Below, piece after piece: positions 28,101 through 37,588 of a stretch of DNA of 64,000 nt. Source of the stretch: a virus (lineage: Duplodnaviria > Caudoviricetes); the IMG/VR virus record IMGVR_UViG_2929701070_000001, positions 1-64,000 of that record; one strand, given 5' to 3'. Numbering within the stretch: the first letter of the stretch is position 1; each line of letters opens with the position of its first letter. A program made the position numbers and the translations under genes. Below the pieces are notes generated by a model, which searched no databases, was not told the DNA's origin, and saw only the letters and a program-made list of their open reading frames with translations.

Positions 28101-29711
28101 GTGACCATGAACCCAGTCGCACTCATCCCCGACCCGGGAGAGCCGGTGCAGTGGCATGTGCCCGCCGCAGTCGGCGACGGCTGGATTTCCCTGACCCCGC
28201 CGGCCGAAATCCCCAACATCGACAACACCGACCACACCGCCGTCGACCCGAAGACCTCGGAGGCAGGACGTCGAGCCGCCACGGTGGACGACCTTCGGAG
28301 CAAGCTCGCGGTCGACCGCGAGTTCACCGCCGTCAAGCGCCGCCACGAGCAGATCCGGCACGTCCAGACCGTCCAGCATCGTGTCGCCATTGCCAACGCC
28401 ACCGAATGGTCCACTGCTGTTGAGCGTGCCCGCCGTGAGCGCGCCCGCGATGCCGCCGAAGCCACCGAGTTGGCGCAGCTGCACCGATGGGCCGCCCGCT
28501 CCGGTGAGCGCGCCCGGATCCGCGCCGACATTCAGCGGTCGGCGGAGATGCGTGCCCTGCGGGTCGCGCAGGTCCGCAAGTACACGATGCTTGTCGGCTT
28601 CCCCGTCATGGTTGGCTTCGCGGCCATCAGCACCCCCGGCGTGCAGGCTGGCATGGCGCATCTGCTGAACCTGACTACCGGCTCGGTGGGCTGGTGGACC
28701 GCGTGGGCCGTCGAGCCGCTTCTGATCGCCGTCGCCACCTCGATCATCGTCGTCAAGTCGGTCCTCAAGATGTCCGGCGGCCTCACCGACTGGCGGGCCG
28801 ACGCCGCGAAGTGGGGGGCGCTGCTGTTCTCCATCGCCCTGAACATGCTCGGCGGCTGGACCGGCAACAGCGACAAGCTGACCGCTCTCGGTGAGGGACT
28901 GAGCCATTCGGTCGGCGCGATCGGCGCCGCCGTCACCGCCTGGCTGATCGGTGTGATCGTGGACTACGCGAGCAAGGCGACGCCGTGGCAGGACGCCCCC
29001 CGCCTGACGGACCTCGGTCTGCTTCCGACCGCAGCGGGTGACGTGCTGACGCCTCAGCCGATGACGCCCGTTGGCACCGACCCGGACCGTCACGTCATCG
29101 GCATCGCCCCCGCCGTCACCGGCATGCCCGCCACCGTCGCCCCGGTACCCGTCACCCCGGCTGACGCCCCGACCGTCACCCGTACCGCGCCGTTCGCCGT
29201 CACCCCGGCCGTCACCACTGACGCCGTCACCGACGAGCCGGCCCCCACCGTCACCGACACCACCGGTCGGGCCGTCACCGACACCACCAGCGACGACGCT
29301 GACGGTGACACCCCGACCGTCACCCCGACCCGGACCGTCACCGCTAAGAAGCCCAGCACCGACCTCGTGGCGGTGCGACCCCTGCCCGACGACCTCATCG
29401 ACCCCCGCCTGCGGGACTGGACCGTCGAGCAGCGCTGCGACTACGCCGCCGACAAGGCACGCCAGATCGTCGCCGGAGGCGGCACAAAGAAGGAGGGCAT
29501 GCGCGTGTTCCTGCTGCTGTGCATGGCCCTCGGCGTGGACCCGGCTGGCACCTGGATGGCAAAGGCTGTCGGCAGCGCCCAGTCCCTGGCCCGCACCAAC
29601 AAGCCCCGCTGGCTCGCCGAACTCGCGGTCGCCGACGCCGAGCAGATCCTGCTCGCCGAACACAACCGCATCGTCGCCGAGGTGACGTCGAGGGGTGACG
29701 TTCGTGGCTGA
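28101..29711 (+). CDS. Spd-like (plasmid spread) multi-TM protein
   Basis: coiled coil, four TM segments, Pro/Thr-rich linker, C-terminal helical domain; first gene of operon ending in FtsK ATPase. Confidence 0.6.
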   Translation: MTMNPVALIPDPGEPVQWHVPAAVGDGWISLTPPAEIPNIDNTDHTAVDPKTSEAGRRAATVDDLRSKLAVDREFTAVKRRHEQIRHVQTVQHRVAIANATEWSTAVERARRERARDAAEATELAQLHRWAARSGERARIRADIQRSAEMRALRVAQVRKYTMLVGFPVMVGFAAISTPGVQAGMAHLLNLTTGSVGWWTAWAVEPLLIAVATSIIVVKSVLKMSGGLTDWRADAAKWGALLFSIALNMLGGWTGNSDKLTALGEGLSHSVGAIGAAVTAWLIGVIVDYASKATPWQDAPRLTDLGLLPTAAGDVLTPQPMTPVGTDPDRHVIGIAPAVTGMPATVAPVPVTPADAPTVTRTAPFAVTPAVTTDAVTDEPAPTVTDTTGRAVTDTTSDDADGDTPTVTPTRTVTAKKPSTDLVAVRPLPDDLIDPRLRDWTVEQRCDYAADKARQIVAGGGTKKEGMRVFLLLCMALGVDPAGTWMAKAVGSAQSLARTNKPRWLAELAVADAEQILLAEHNRIVAEVTSRGDVRG

Positions 29712-29802
29712 CGCCGTCGCCCCCGCCCAGCGGAACCGTCACCCGAGCGTCACCCCGCCACCTGTCACTGACGCCGTCACCCCTGACGGCGTCACCGTCA
29801 CC
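29113..29802 (+). repeat. cluster of CCGTCACC octamers, clt-like
   Basis: exact copies at 29113, 29149, 29173, 29197, 29209, 29224, 29248, 29272, 29317, 29335, 29736, 29774, 29795. Confidence 0.7.
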
Positions 29803-29950
29803 GGAGGTACCGACCTGCACCACGACCTGACGCATCTGCCGGGTGACGTCCGCCGGGCCGTCACTGACGACACCGCCGCGATCCTGCGCGAGGTGTGGCA
29901 GACGTTCCCGAAGAACATGCCGATCCTGTCCGACCCCGAGGAGGAGACCG

Positions 29951-30313
29951 ATGAGCGTTGACCACCTGCCTGCCCGCACCACCACCGCGGCGGCCACCGA
30001 CCTTCCCGAGATCCACATCTACTTCGATGAGGCCACCAACCCGGTCGTCCTCAACGAGGCGGATGTCCACCGCGACCGCACGCAGGACGCCTACGACGCG
30101 TCCGTCATTGGGGCCGGCGTCATCGGCACCGCCGCCGCGTTCGCCCACGCGTACAGCCACTCCACGCTGCTCAACAACACCCTCATCGGCGTCACCGTCG
30201 CCCTGGTGCTCGCCGCGATGCTGCTCCGCTGGGCCGTCACCAGAGAGGGCCGCAAGTGGGTGTACGCCGACACCGACGAACCCTACGACGGTGACCCCGC
30301 CGCAACCCCCTGA
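29951..30313 (+). CDS. two-TM membrane protein
   Basis: GAGGAG SD; hydrophobic segments. Confidence 0.65.
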   Translation: MSVDHLPARTTTAAATDLPEIHIYFDEATNPVVLNEADVHRDRTQDAYDASVIGAGVIGTAAAFAHAYSHSTLLNNTLIGVTVALVLAAMLLRWAVTREGRKWVYADTDEPYDGDPAATP

Positions 30314-30344
30314 CCAGCACAAACGCAAAGGATTCGAGACTGCG

Positions 30345-30614
30345 ATGTCATCGAAAATCTACGAACTTCGGGTGTTCAAAGACGGGCGGGAGGTGCGCGG
30401 GATGGAGCCGTTCCTGACCAGCGTCGACCTCGCCGACGGCGACGCCACCGCCGACACGCTGAACCGGCACCTGCTCGGGTCGGCGCTACGGGCGGGCGCC
30501 CACCGCTCCGAGGCACACCGGTTCCACCTGGAGTTCCGCGACATCGACACCGACGGCAAGGGCCGCGGGCCGGTGCTGTTCCGGTGGGCGATGCCCGCCA
30601 CGGGGGGTTTCTGA
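30345..30614 (+). CDS. hypothetical protein
   Basis: operon packing. Confidence 0.65.
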   Translation: MSSKIYELRVFKDGREVRGMEPFLTSVDLADGDATADTLNRHLLGSALRAGAHRSEAHRFHLEFRDIDTDGKGRGPVLFRWAMPATGGF

Positions 30615-30832
30615 TGGCTGGCCGGTCCACGAAACCCGAGGTCAACCGGCGTGATTGGCATTCCACTCGCGTCGCGGAGGCGGAAACACCGAAGCAGAAG
30701 CTGTGGGCGTACTGCCACTGGCTGGTGGCGGAGGCGTTCCACGCCGGACCCACCCAACTGGAGGCCGCGACCGTCATGGTCCGCGACCGGATTACGGAAC
30801 TGACCGAGGCCAGGAAGGAGGCAGCCCGATGA
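30614..30832 (+). CDS. hypothetical protein
   Basis: TGATG coupling. Confidence 0.6.
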   Translation: MAGRSTKPEVNRRDWHSTRVAEAETPKQKLWAYCHWLVAEAFHAGPTQLEAATVMVRDRITELTEARKEAAR

Positions 30833-31263
30833 CCACGACTGTCACCGAGCGTGAAATTCGATCCCCCATCAACGGGCGGGTTCCCAAGTTGGACAGCCCG
30901 CCCGCGCCCGCGCGCGCGGGCGCGAGAGTACCGGTCACGCTGAGTTTCAGCAAGGCGTGGTCGGCGGTGCGGGCCGGCTGCTGCTCGTGGTGGGCGTGGA
31001 CCGCCCGCCCCGCCTCCCTGTCCGGCCTGTGGGCGGCCTCCGCAGTCGACACGAAGCGGATCCCCGCGAACGCCGGGCCGCTGCGTGCCGCCTGGCAGGT
31101 GTCCAACTGGACGGACCGGCTGCTGATGTTCGCGGTCATCGCCGTCGCCCCCACGTTCCTGACTGGGCCGCTGCGGTGGCTCGCCGCCCGCCCCACCCGT
31201 CGGTGGGCCTTCTACCTCGTCCTCGCGGCGTTCGCCGCCACCTTCACCCTCGGAAAGGGGTGA
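30829..31263 (+). CDS. membrane protein
   Basis: AAGGAGG SD; two C-terminal hydrophobic segments. Confidence 0.7.
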   Translation: MTTTVTEREIRSPINGRVPKLDSPPAPARAGARVPVTLSFSKAWSAVRAGCCSWWAWTARPASLSGLWAASAVDTKRIPANAGPLRAAWQVSNWTDRLLMFAVIAVAPTFLTGPLRWLAARPTRRWAFYLVLAAFAATFTLGKG

Positions 31264-31268
31264 CTGCC

Positions 31269-31661
31269 ATGTTCAACGTCGGTATCGGCTTCGGCCTCGT
31301 CATCATCGCCATCACCGCCCAGTACCTGATCTCCAAGCGGCTCAAGAACCAGAAGGTGTCGAAGGTCTTCTCCTGGATCGCCTGGGGTGGGGCGCTGCTC
31401 GGCGGGGTGGGCATGTCCAGCGAGTTCGGCAACGCCGTCGGACTCAGCTCCGGCGGAGCGGCCATCGCTTCCCTCGCCGCGATCCTGTTCATCATCGTGG
31501 ACATCGCCGACCGGCGTCCCGACTGGCCGGCGTTCATCCTCATCTGCCTCGCCCCGACGCTGATGCGGGTCACCGGCGGGAACCTCGGCGTCATGTACGA
31601 CGCGCTGCTCACCCCGTTCGACGGCGTCATCACCGGGCTGCGCGCCTTCCTGGGGATGTGA
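31269..31661 (+). CDS. four-TM membrane protein
   Basis: mostly hydrophobic. Confidence 0.75.
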   Translation: MFNVGIGFGLVIIAITAQYLISKRLKNQKVSKVFSWIAWGGALLGGVGMSSEFGNAVGLSSGGAAIASLAAILFIIVDIADRRPDWPAFILICLAPTLMRVTGGNLGVMYDALLTPFDGVITGLRAFLGM

Positions 31662-31664
31662 CCG

Positions 31665-32702
31665 GTGGACCCCATCTCCATCGCCGTGACGATCCTCGCC
31701 ATCTACGGCATGTTGCAGCGGTCCCCGCAGTGGGCGGGGGAGCTGGCCGAGGAGTGGCGGGCCGCCAAGCGTGGGGAGGAGTCCCCGGCCGCCGCCGCCC
31801 GACGGCAGCGCCTCATCGACGCCGGTGTCGACCCGGCGACGGGAGGGCCGCTGCGCCAATACGTGGGCAACCGGTGGCGGGACTTCTGGCTGGACGAGGA
31901 CATCAAAGCCACCCGCCGCCGCGCCGCCCGCCTCGACAAGGAAGCCGCCGGCGAGGCGCTGTCGTGGCAGGAACGCCTCGCCTCACGCATGGACGACGAG
32001 GTGACCCGCCGCGCCGAGCAGTGGCGCACCCGCCCGCCCGCCGACGTCGTCCCACCTGTCACCACCACCGGCGGGACCACCCCCGACACCGGCGGAAGCG
32101 GAGACACAGGCACCACGCCGCCGTCCGAGCCGCACACTGCCGGCCCGGACAGCGGCGAACGGTGGACGTCCAGCACTGTCCACGACGACGACTTCTACGT
32201 TGCCGGCGGCGCCCGCGGCACGCACGACGGCATGCACAGCGGATGGACGCGCGACGCACCCACCGCACCGAGCAACGCCACGCCCCGCGACCCAATCCGG
32301 GTAGACGCCACCGTCGGCGACCTGATCCGCCCCACCCGCAACCAGCCGACCGCCGCACCCGCGGCGATCACCGCAGGAGGAACCATGTCCAACGCCATCG
32401 CCCAGCAGGCCGTCACCGGCGTCGTGTCCGGCGCCGCCGAGGCCCGCGCCATCCAGGCCGCAATGAACCAGGCCACCGAGGAGTACATCGCCAAGCTGAA
32501 CCGGCTGCGCAGCCGGATCTACTCCCTCGGCGAGCAGACTCTCGGCACCGTGCAGATGTCCGGCCGGTCGCAGGTCGTGGCGAACACCGCCGCCGCCGCG
32601 GAGGCCGCCGCCGCGGCGACCGCGAACGCCAAGGCGTGCACCGCCGAGGTGGAACCGTTGCTCGGCAACGTCGCCCGCGCCTTCGACCGCATCAACAGCT
32701 GA
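31665..32702 (+). CDS. TraA-position protein: N-terminal TM, linker, C-terminal helical domain
   Basis: two genes upstream of the FtsK ATPase; internal SD-ATG at 32385. Confidence 0.7.
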   Translation: MDPISIAVTILAIYGMLQRSPQWAGELAEEWRAAKRGEESPAAAARRQRLIDAGVDPATGGPLRQYVGNRWRDFWLDEDIKATRRRAARLDKEAAGEALSWQERLASRMDDEVTRRAEQWRTRPPADVVPPVTTTGGTTPDTGGSGDTGTTPPSEPHTAGPDSGERWTSSTVHDDDFYVAGGARGTHDGMHSGWTRDAPTAPSNATPRDPIRVDATVGDLIRPTRNQPTAAPAAITAGGTMSNAIAQQAVTGVVSGAAEARAIQAAMNQATEEYIAKLNRLRSRIYSLGEQTLGTVQMSGRSQVVANTAAAAEAAAAATANAKACTAEVEPLLGNVARAFDRINS

Positions 32703-32716
32703 GAAGCGAACCCGAC

Positions 32717-32890
32717 ATGAGTGGGTTCTCATTCGGTGCGGTGTTTGGCGACGGCGGTGTCCGCCGTGGCGACAAAACGCTGCGATGCCCGTGCGGCAAT
32801 GAAACCGATTGGCTGCGCATGGTCAGCGACTCGGAGAAGACCGAGGCAATGTGCGGCGAGTGCGGCCAAACCGTCACGGTTCGCGACTAA
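32717..32890 (+). CDS. small zinc-ribbon protein
   Basis: CPCG ... CGECG. Confidence 0.55.
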   Translation: MSGFSFGAVFGDGGVRRGDKTLRCPCGNETDWLRMVSDSEKTEAMCGECGQTVTVRD

Positions 32891-32915
32891 CAGATCGAAG
32901 AAGAAGGAGGACGCC

Positions 32916-35354
32916 GTGGCAGTGACGACGCACCGGCCGGCGCCGCTGCCCACCAGCGGCCCCGCAGCCAAGCCCGCCCCCACGCCGGTGCCGGTGGGGG
33001 CGGCGAAGATGCAGACCTGGTACATCGACCCGACCGACGACCGGCGCAAGCGCATGCCGTACCCGGTGCCGGTCGACGCCGACGACCACCTGACCGCGCA
33101 CGTGCGGCACCAGTGCTCGAAGATGCGCAACCTCAACGGCGGCGGCAAAGAACGCTGCACCGAGTTCGCGTGGATGCTGCCTGGGGAGGAGCAGTTCTGC
33201 CAGCGGCACGGCGAGAAGCTGACGCCGCCGCCGTCGAAGCGCACCCGCCTTGCCGCTGTGGTGGGGGAGGCGAAGCGGCTGCACAGCGACTCGGCCGCCC
33301 CGTGGGCGCTGCCTGCCCTGGCCGCCGCCGCCGACACCGCCGCGCACCTCGCCCTGGTGTCGCCGACCGGGACGCTGCTGGCCGCGCCCGCCGCCGCCGG
33401 CGTCACCTACCTGCTGCGCAAGCGCACCCTCACCAAGCGTGCGGTGGCACGTAACCGCATCGAGATGGGCCAGCGCACCGGCAAGCGGGTGCGCGCCATC
33501 GCCCGCCAGGCGCGACGCGACGCGGCCGTCGCCGCCGAGACCGGACTGTGGGCCACCGCTCTCACCGCCACCGACCTCGCCACCTGGCCGGGCCGGATCG
33601 TCGCCGCTGCCGGCATGGTCCGCTGGGCCGTCGGCATGCGCGGCTGGTGGGTCGCCGCCGAAGAACGCCGCGCCCAGCCGCCCGCGCCCGCACCTGTGCA
33701 GGTCACCCCAGCCGACGACGTCAAGCCGGTCGACAACCCCGACCCGGTGCGGCTGCGTGCCGTCACCACGTGGACGATGCTCATAGGCTGCGCCGGCGGG
33801 CCGCTCGCCGGCACCGAACTGGTCGACTACCAGCAGATGCCCGCCTGCGAGGTGGGCGCGCACTCCCGCACCCGGCTGCCGAACTGGACGGCGAAGGTCG
33901 TCGCGAAGATCCCCGGCTCCATCAACATGCGCGAGTCCCGCCCCAACCTGCTCGGCCGGATCGCCGCCGCCTACGGCTGCACCTACGCCGACGTGTCGTT
34001 CAACGCCGACGAGTCCGACCTGTCCATCGGCTGGCTGCGGGTACAGCCGGACAACCTGCTCGCCGAAACGAAAATCTGGCCGGGACCGAAGGCCGCGAAC
34101 GACTGGCGGCGCGGCCGGTCCCGCATCGGCCGGTTCGATGACGGCCGCGACATCTGGTACCAGTGGTGGACGAAGCAGGGTGCCGCCCACGACCTGATCT
34201 CCGGGTGCACCGGCTCCGGCAAGTCCGAGCTCGTCGCGCAGCTGCTGCTCGCGTCCCTGCACTCCGACGGTCTCGTGCTCGACTGGGTGGGTGACCCGCA
34301 GGGCGGGCAGTCGTACGGGCAGTTGAAAAACGCCGTCGACTGGTTCGCCCGCGACACCTCCGAGATCAAGCTGATGCTGCTGGCGGCGTTGAAGGAAATG
34401 CTGCGCCGCAACGACGAACTGTCAGCGAACAACATCAAGACGTGGCAGCCCACCCGGGCGATGCCGCTGCTGGTCATCACCCTGGACGAAGTCCAGTCGT
34501 ACATCGATGACCCGATCATCCTGGAACTGGTGGAGAAGCTGGTCGGGATGGGCCGCAAATGCGGCATCAAGATGCGGCTGATTACCCAGATTCCCGCCGC
34601 CTACAACCTGGGCGGCTCCACCTACATCAAGGAGCAGTTGAAGGCTGGTCAGACGCTGATCTTCCGGGCGATGACTGACATCGCCGGCCGGTCCGCTGTC
34701 GACGGCGACTGCCCGGTCGACCCGACCGAGCTGCCGTCGGTCTGGGGTGCGAACACGTGCGCGGCTGGTGAGACCACCGCCGGGCTGATGTTCGTGCAGG
34801 GCGTCAACGGCCGTGACGTGTATGGCCGCGCCGACTTCACCGGCGAGGACATGGGGGTGTGGCTGGTCGACGGGGAAGGCCAGTCGACGCTGACGCCGGG
34901 GGTGTTCGGGCCGGAGGCGCAGCAGGAGTCGGGGCCGCTGTGGGGCGACCGGAAGGAACGGGCCGCGCTGCTGCTCGCCGCGGGTCGCTCCGACGCGGAC
35001 CTGCTGTCCGGCGGCAAGGCCCTCGAACTGCTGGAGGCCGCCGCGGTTACGCAGGTCACCCCGCAGGCGCTACGCGAGCCGGCGCCGCCGTCGCCCGAGG
35101 CGCAGCGCAACGCGCGCGTGTCCCGGGAGGTGGTGCTGGAGGCCGCGACCAAGGCCGCGAACGACCGCGGCCTGGTCACGAAGGACCAACTCATCGCGCA
35201 GCTCGCCGGGATGGCGGAGCAGATGAAAGACGGCACCCGCGACAAGGCCCTCACCGATCTTGTGGCGGACGGGAAGCTGCGCCGGGTCAAGAACGGCCTG
35301 TACGAGGTGCCTGGGTTGGCGGCCACCCTGTTCGACGCGGGAGCGGCCCGGTGA
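32916..35354 (+). CDS. traB: FtsK/SpoIIIE-family DNA translocase, TraB-like
   Basis: N-terminal hydrophobic segments, Walker A GCTGSGKS, Walker B VITLDEVQ, GRKCGI..LITQ, C-terminal wHTH (LVADGKLRRVKNGLY). Confidence 0.85.
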   Translation: MAVTTHRPAPLPTSGPAAKPAPTPVPVGAAKMQTWYIDPTDDRRKRMPYPVPVDADDHLTAHVRHQCSKMRNLNGGGKERCTEFAWMLPGEEQFCQRHGEKLTPPPSKRTRLAAVVGEAKRLHSDSAAPWALPALAAAADTAAHLALVSPTGTLLAAPAAAGVTYLLRKRTLTKRAVARNRIEMGQRTGKRVRAIARQARRDAAVAAETGLWATALTATDLATWPGRIVAAAGMVRWAVGMRGWWVAAEERRAQPPAPAPVQVTPADDVKPVDNPDPVRLRAVTTWTMLIGCAGGPLAGTELVDYQQMPACEVGAHSRTRLPNWTAKVVAKIPGSINMRESRPNLLGRIAAAYGCTYADVSFNADESDLSIGWLRVQPDNLLAETKIWPGPKAANDWRRGRSRIGRFDDGRDIWYQWWTKQGAAHDLISGCTGSGKSELVAQLLLASLHSDGLVLDWVGDPQGGQSYGQLKNAVDWFARDTSEIKLMLLAALKEMLRRNDELSANNIKTWQPTRAMPLLVITLDEVQSYIDDPIILELVEKLVGMGRKCGIKMRLITQIPAAYNLGGSTYIKEQLKAGQTLIFRAMTDIAGRSAVDGDCPVDPTELPSVWGANTCAAGETTAGLMFVQGVNGRDVYGRADFTGEDMGVWLVDGEGQSTLTPGVFGPEAQQESGPLWGDRKERAALLLAAGRSDADLLSGGKALELLEAAAVTQVTPQALREPAPPSPEAQRNARVSREVVLEAATKAANDRGLVTKDQLIAQLAGMAEQMKDGTRDKALTDLVADGKLRRVKNGLYEVPGLAATLFDAGAAR

Positions 35355-36028
35355 GCGCGCCCACCCGCCCGCGGGTGCCGCGCCCCCGCCGGCCCGCGGG
35401 GGAGCGGCGGTGGAGTGTCGTGTACGGCATCCCCACCCTGCCCGTCGACCGGGACGGCCGCATTATCCCGGGCGCCCCGCCGGTGGTCGGCTACATCGGC
35501 CAGTCCGTGCAAACAGTCAAGCAGCGCGAGGACCAGCACCGCGCCGACCAGCCGTTCGGGGACACGATCTGCGGCGGCTCGTGGGTGATCGAGGAGGGCC
35601 TGTGGACGCAGGCCGAGTTGGACGCGCGGGAGCGGCACTACATCCGTCACGGGGCGGTGCTGGTGCCCGGCCAGCCCGCTCAGCGGCCCGTATACAACTA
35701 CGAGCACAACCTCGACAACCCGCACCGGATCGAGGTGTGGCGGGCCAGGCAGCACCGGCAGGTTCGCGAGCCGGGCTGGCAGCCCGCCAGCGGGCGCGTG
35801 GACGTTCAGGCGACCGGCGGCGTGGGCTGGGCGGGCCGCGGCTGGTGGCTGGCCCGTCAGCCGGCCGCGTGGTGGCTGCTGCTGGCCGTGGTGGCGGTCG
35901 CCTGGGTGGGGTCGCTGCCGCAGGCGACGTGGTGGGACGGCGCCGTGTACGTGGCCTGCGCCGCCTGCACGATCGCAGGGCTGCGGATGCCCGGCACGCG
36001 GCGCCGCAGGCGGGGGAGACGACGGTGA
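35351..36028 (+). CDS. GIY-YIG-like nuclease with C-terminal TM segments
   Basis: VVYG ... GYIGQS...R..QH ... ERHYI ... RPVYN; two hydrophobic segments and basic tail. Confidence 0.7.
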   Translation: MSAPTRPRVPRPRRPAGERRWSVVYGIPTLPVDRDGRIIPGAPPVVGYIGQSVQTVKQREDQHRADQPFGDTICGGSWVIEEGLWTQAELDARERHYIRHGAVLVPGQPAQRPVYNYEHNLDNPHRIEVWRARQHRQVREPGWQPASGRVDVQATGGVGWAGRGWWLARQPAAWWLLLAVVAVAWVGSLPQATWWDGAVYVACAACTIAGLRMPGTRRRRRGRRR

Positions 36029-36291
36029 CCGTGTGGCGGTGGGAAGCCACCGACCCGCACGGCACAGTGCAGATCGCCGACACCCTGTCGGACCCGTTCG
36101 CGACCACCGCCGAGCAGGCCGCCGAGACCGGGATGGCCCGGCTCATGATCCGCGCCGCCCCCTCCTACCGCCGGCTGCGCGGATGGCGGGTACGTGCGTG
36201 GGCGGACGGGCTGGGGGAGGCGTCGGTGTGCGCCGACGACTGGCTGCGCGCCGACCAGGAAAGCCGAGGGCTGGCGAACAGCCGCCCGTGA
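36025..36291 (+). CDS. hypothetical protein
   Basis: GTGA coupling. Confidence 0.55.
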   Translation: MTVWRWEATDPHGTVQIADTLSDPFATTAEQAAETGMARLMIRAAPSYRRLRGWRVRAWADGLGEASVCADDWLRADQESRGLANSRP

Positions 36292-36313
36292 CATCACATC
36301 GAGAGGAGACAGG

Positions 36314-36508
36314 ATGACCGTGAACATCGCATCCGACGGGGACCGGGCGGCCGTGCAGGTCGGTTATGTGGGCGGCAGCAGTGAGCGCCGTGAGCGTGCC
36401 GAGGTGCCGCCGGAGCCCGGCGACGTGCAGGTGGAGAACATCCGCGAGGGCAACGCTCGTGTCGGCATGCAGGCTGACGTGATCGTGGGGGACCTGCGTA
36501 TCGGTTAG
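36314..36508 (+). CDS. small repeat protein
   Basis: GAGGAG SD; two NI..G...V.Q repeats. Confidence 0.65.
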   Translation: MTVNIASDGDRAAVQVGYVGGSSERRERAEVPPEPGDVQVENIREGNARVGMQADVIVGDLRIG

Positions 36509-36701
36509 CCTCCCGCTTGTGGAGGTTGAGCATCCGCTGCGGCCCGGGGTGACGGTCATCGTGACACGTCACCTCGGGCCGTACCGTGTGGCGCTGCGCG
36601 GCGAGATGAGCCTCGCCGAGGCGGCGCAGCGGTCAGCCGTTCTGGACCGGCTCGCGGCCGGGGTTGAGGACGAGTCGTTCCCGGATGCCAACCCACCATC
36701 C

Positions 36702-36730
36702 TTGTGCTTCCTAAAATAGGAAGCTATGGT
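36702..36730 (+). promoter_or_regulatory. promoter with palindromic operator in spacer
   Basis: TTGTGC-17-TATGGT; GCTTCCTA-AAA-TAGGAAGC at 36706-36724. Confidence 0.8.
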
Positions 36731-36782
36731 GTGGGTGTCAGGTCAGGGGAACAGCCCCAGATCCCACCGGAAGGAACCGGCC

Positions 36783-37088
36783 ATGACCAAGTTTGTTGCT
36801 GCCCTCGCCAACGCCTCCGACGTTGTCTCCGGCGACTACTGCGACGTCAGCGTCATCGAAAGTGAAATCGTCAGCTACCGGGAGGGCCGCGACGGCAACG
36901 ACGTCCCCGAGTACGGCCTGACCGACAAGTTGGCAATGGATGCGGTGGACACCAACGTCCGCACCGACGGCGACATCAAGGCCGCCCTCGCCGACGCCGA
37001 CCGCGTTCTTCGCGATAACGGATGGAACCGCAGCGGCGACTGGGAGCCCAGCCAGAACGCCTACTACGCCGAGGTCGAGCGCGCCTAG
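36783..37088 (+). CDS. small acidic protein, candidate anti-CRISPR / anti-defence
   Basis: 101 aa, Asp/Glu-rich, between operator-promoter and Aca2-like gene. Confidence 0.75.
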   Translation: MTKFVAALANASDVVSGDYCDVSVIESEIVSYREGRDGNDVPEYGLTDKLAMDAVDTNVRTDGDIKAALADADRVLRDNGWNRSGDWEPSQNAYYAEVERA

Positions 37089-37159
37089 TTTCCACCTCCC
37101 CCCTGACGGCGCGGCCCCGACCACCCCGGGGTCCGCGCCGCACCTCTTGGAGTCGCACC

Positions 37160-37588
37160 GTGACCACCTACACCGACCCGCCCAACATGCCCGAGGACGA
37201 ACGCATGACCGACGCCGAGTTCCGGGTCGTCCGCGAATACCTCGGCCTCACCGGCGACTGGCTCGCCGGGCACCTCGGGGTGTCCGCCCGAACCGTTCGC
37301 CATTGGGAGCAGGGCAAGTACCCGATCCCCGACGGGGTGCGCCTCGCCATCGAAAGCCTGGAAGCTGAGACCACCGCTTTCGTTGGGGCCGTGGTCGAGA
37401 ACCTGCTCGCCAGCAACGACACAGACCTGGCGGTGGTCACCTACCGCAGCGACGCCGACTACCGGGCGGCGCACCCGCAGCTTGACTGGCCGGCGTCGTG
37501 GCACCGCGCGGTCATCGCACGCGTAGCCCAGGAGGTGTTGGGGCTCGCAATCGTCTACGCGTCCAGCACGGCGGGGGATCCGTCATGA
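37160..37588 (+). CDS. DUF1870 / Aca2-like HTH regulator
   Basis: MTDAEFRVVREYLGLT...GVSARTVRHWEQGKYPIPDGV plus YRSDADY...W...WHRAVIAR C-domain. Confidence 0.8.
   Translation: MTTYTDPPNMPEDERMTDAEFRVVREYLGLTGDWLAGHLGVSARTVRHWEQGKYPIPDGVRLAIESLEAETTAFVGAVVENLLASNDTDLAVVTYRSDADYRAAHPQLDWPASWHRAVIARVAQEVLGLAIVYASSTAGDPS

Noticed and set aside
29113-29342. CRISPR array
   Set aside because: Repeats are only 8 bp with irregular 12-45 bp spacing inside an ORF; no cas genes
31665-35354. Type VII secretion system
   Set aside because: Single ATPase domain with C-terminal wHTH fits TraB, not EccC; no true WXG motif or other Ecc genes
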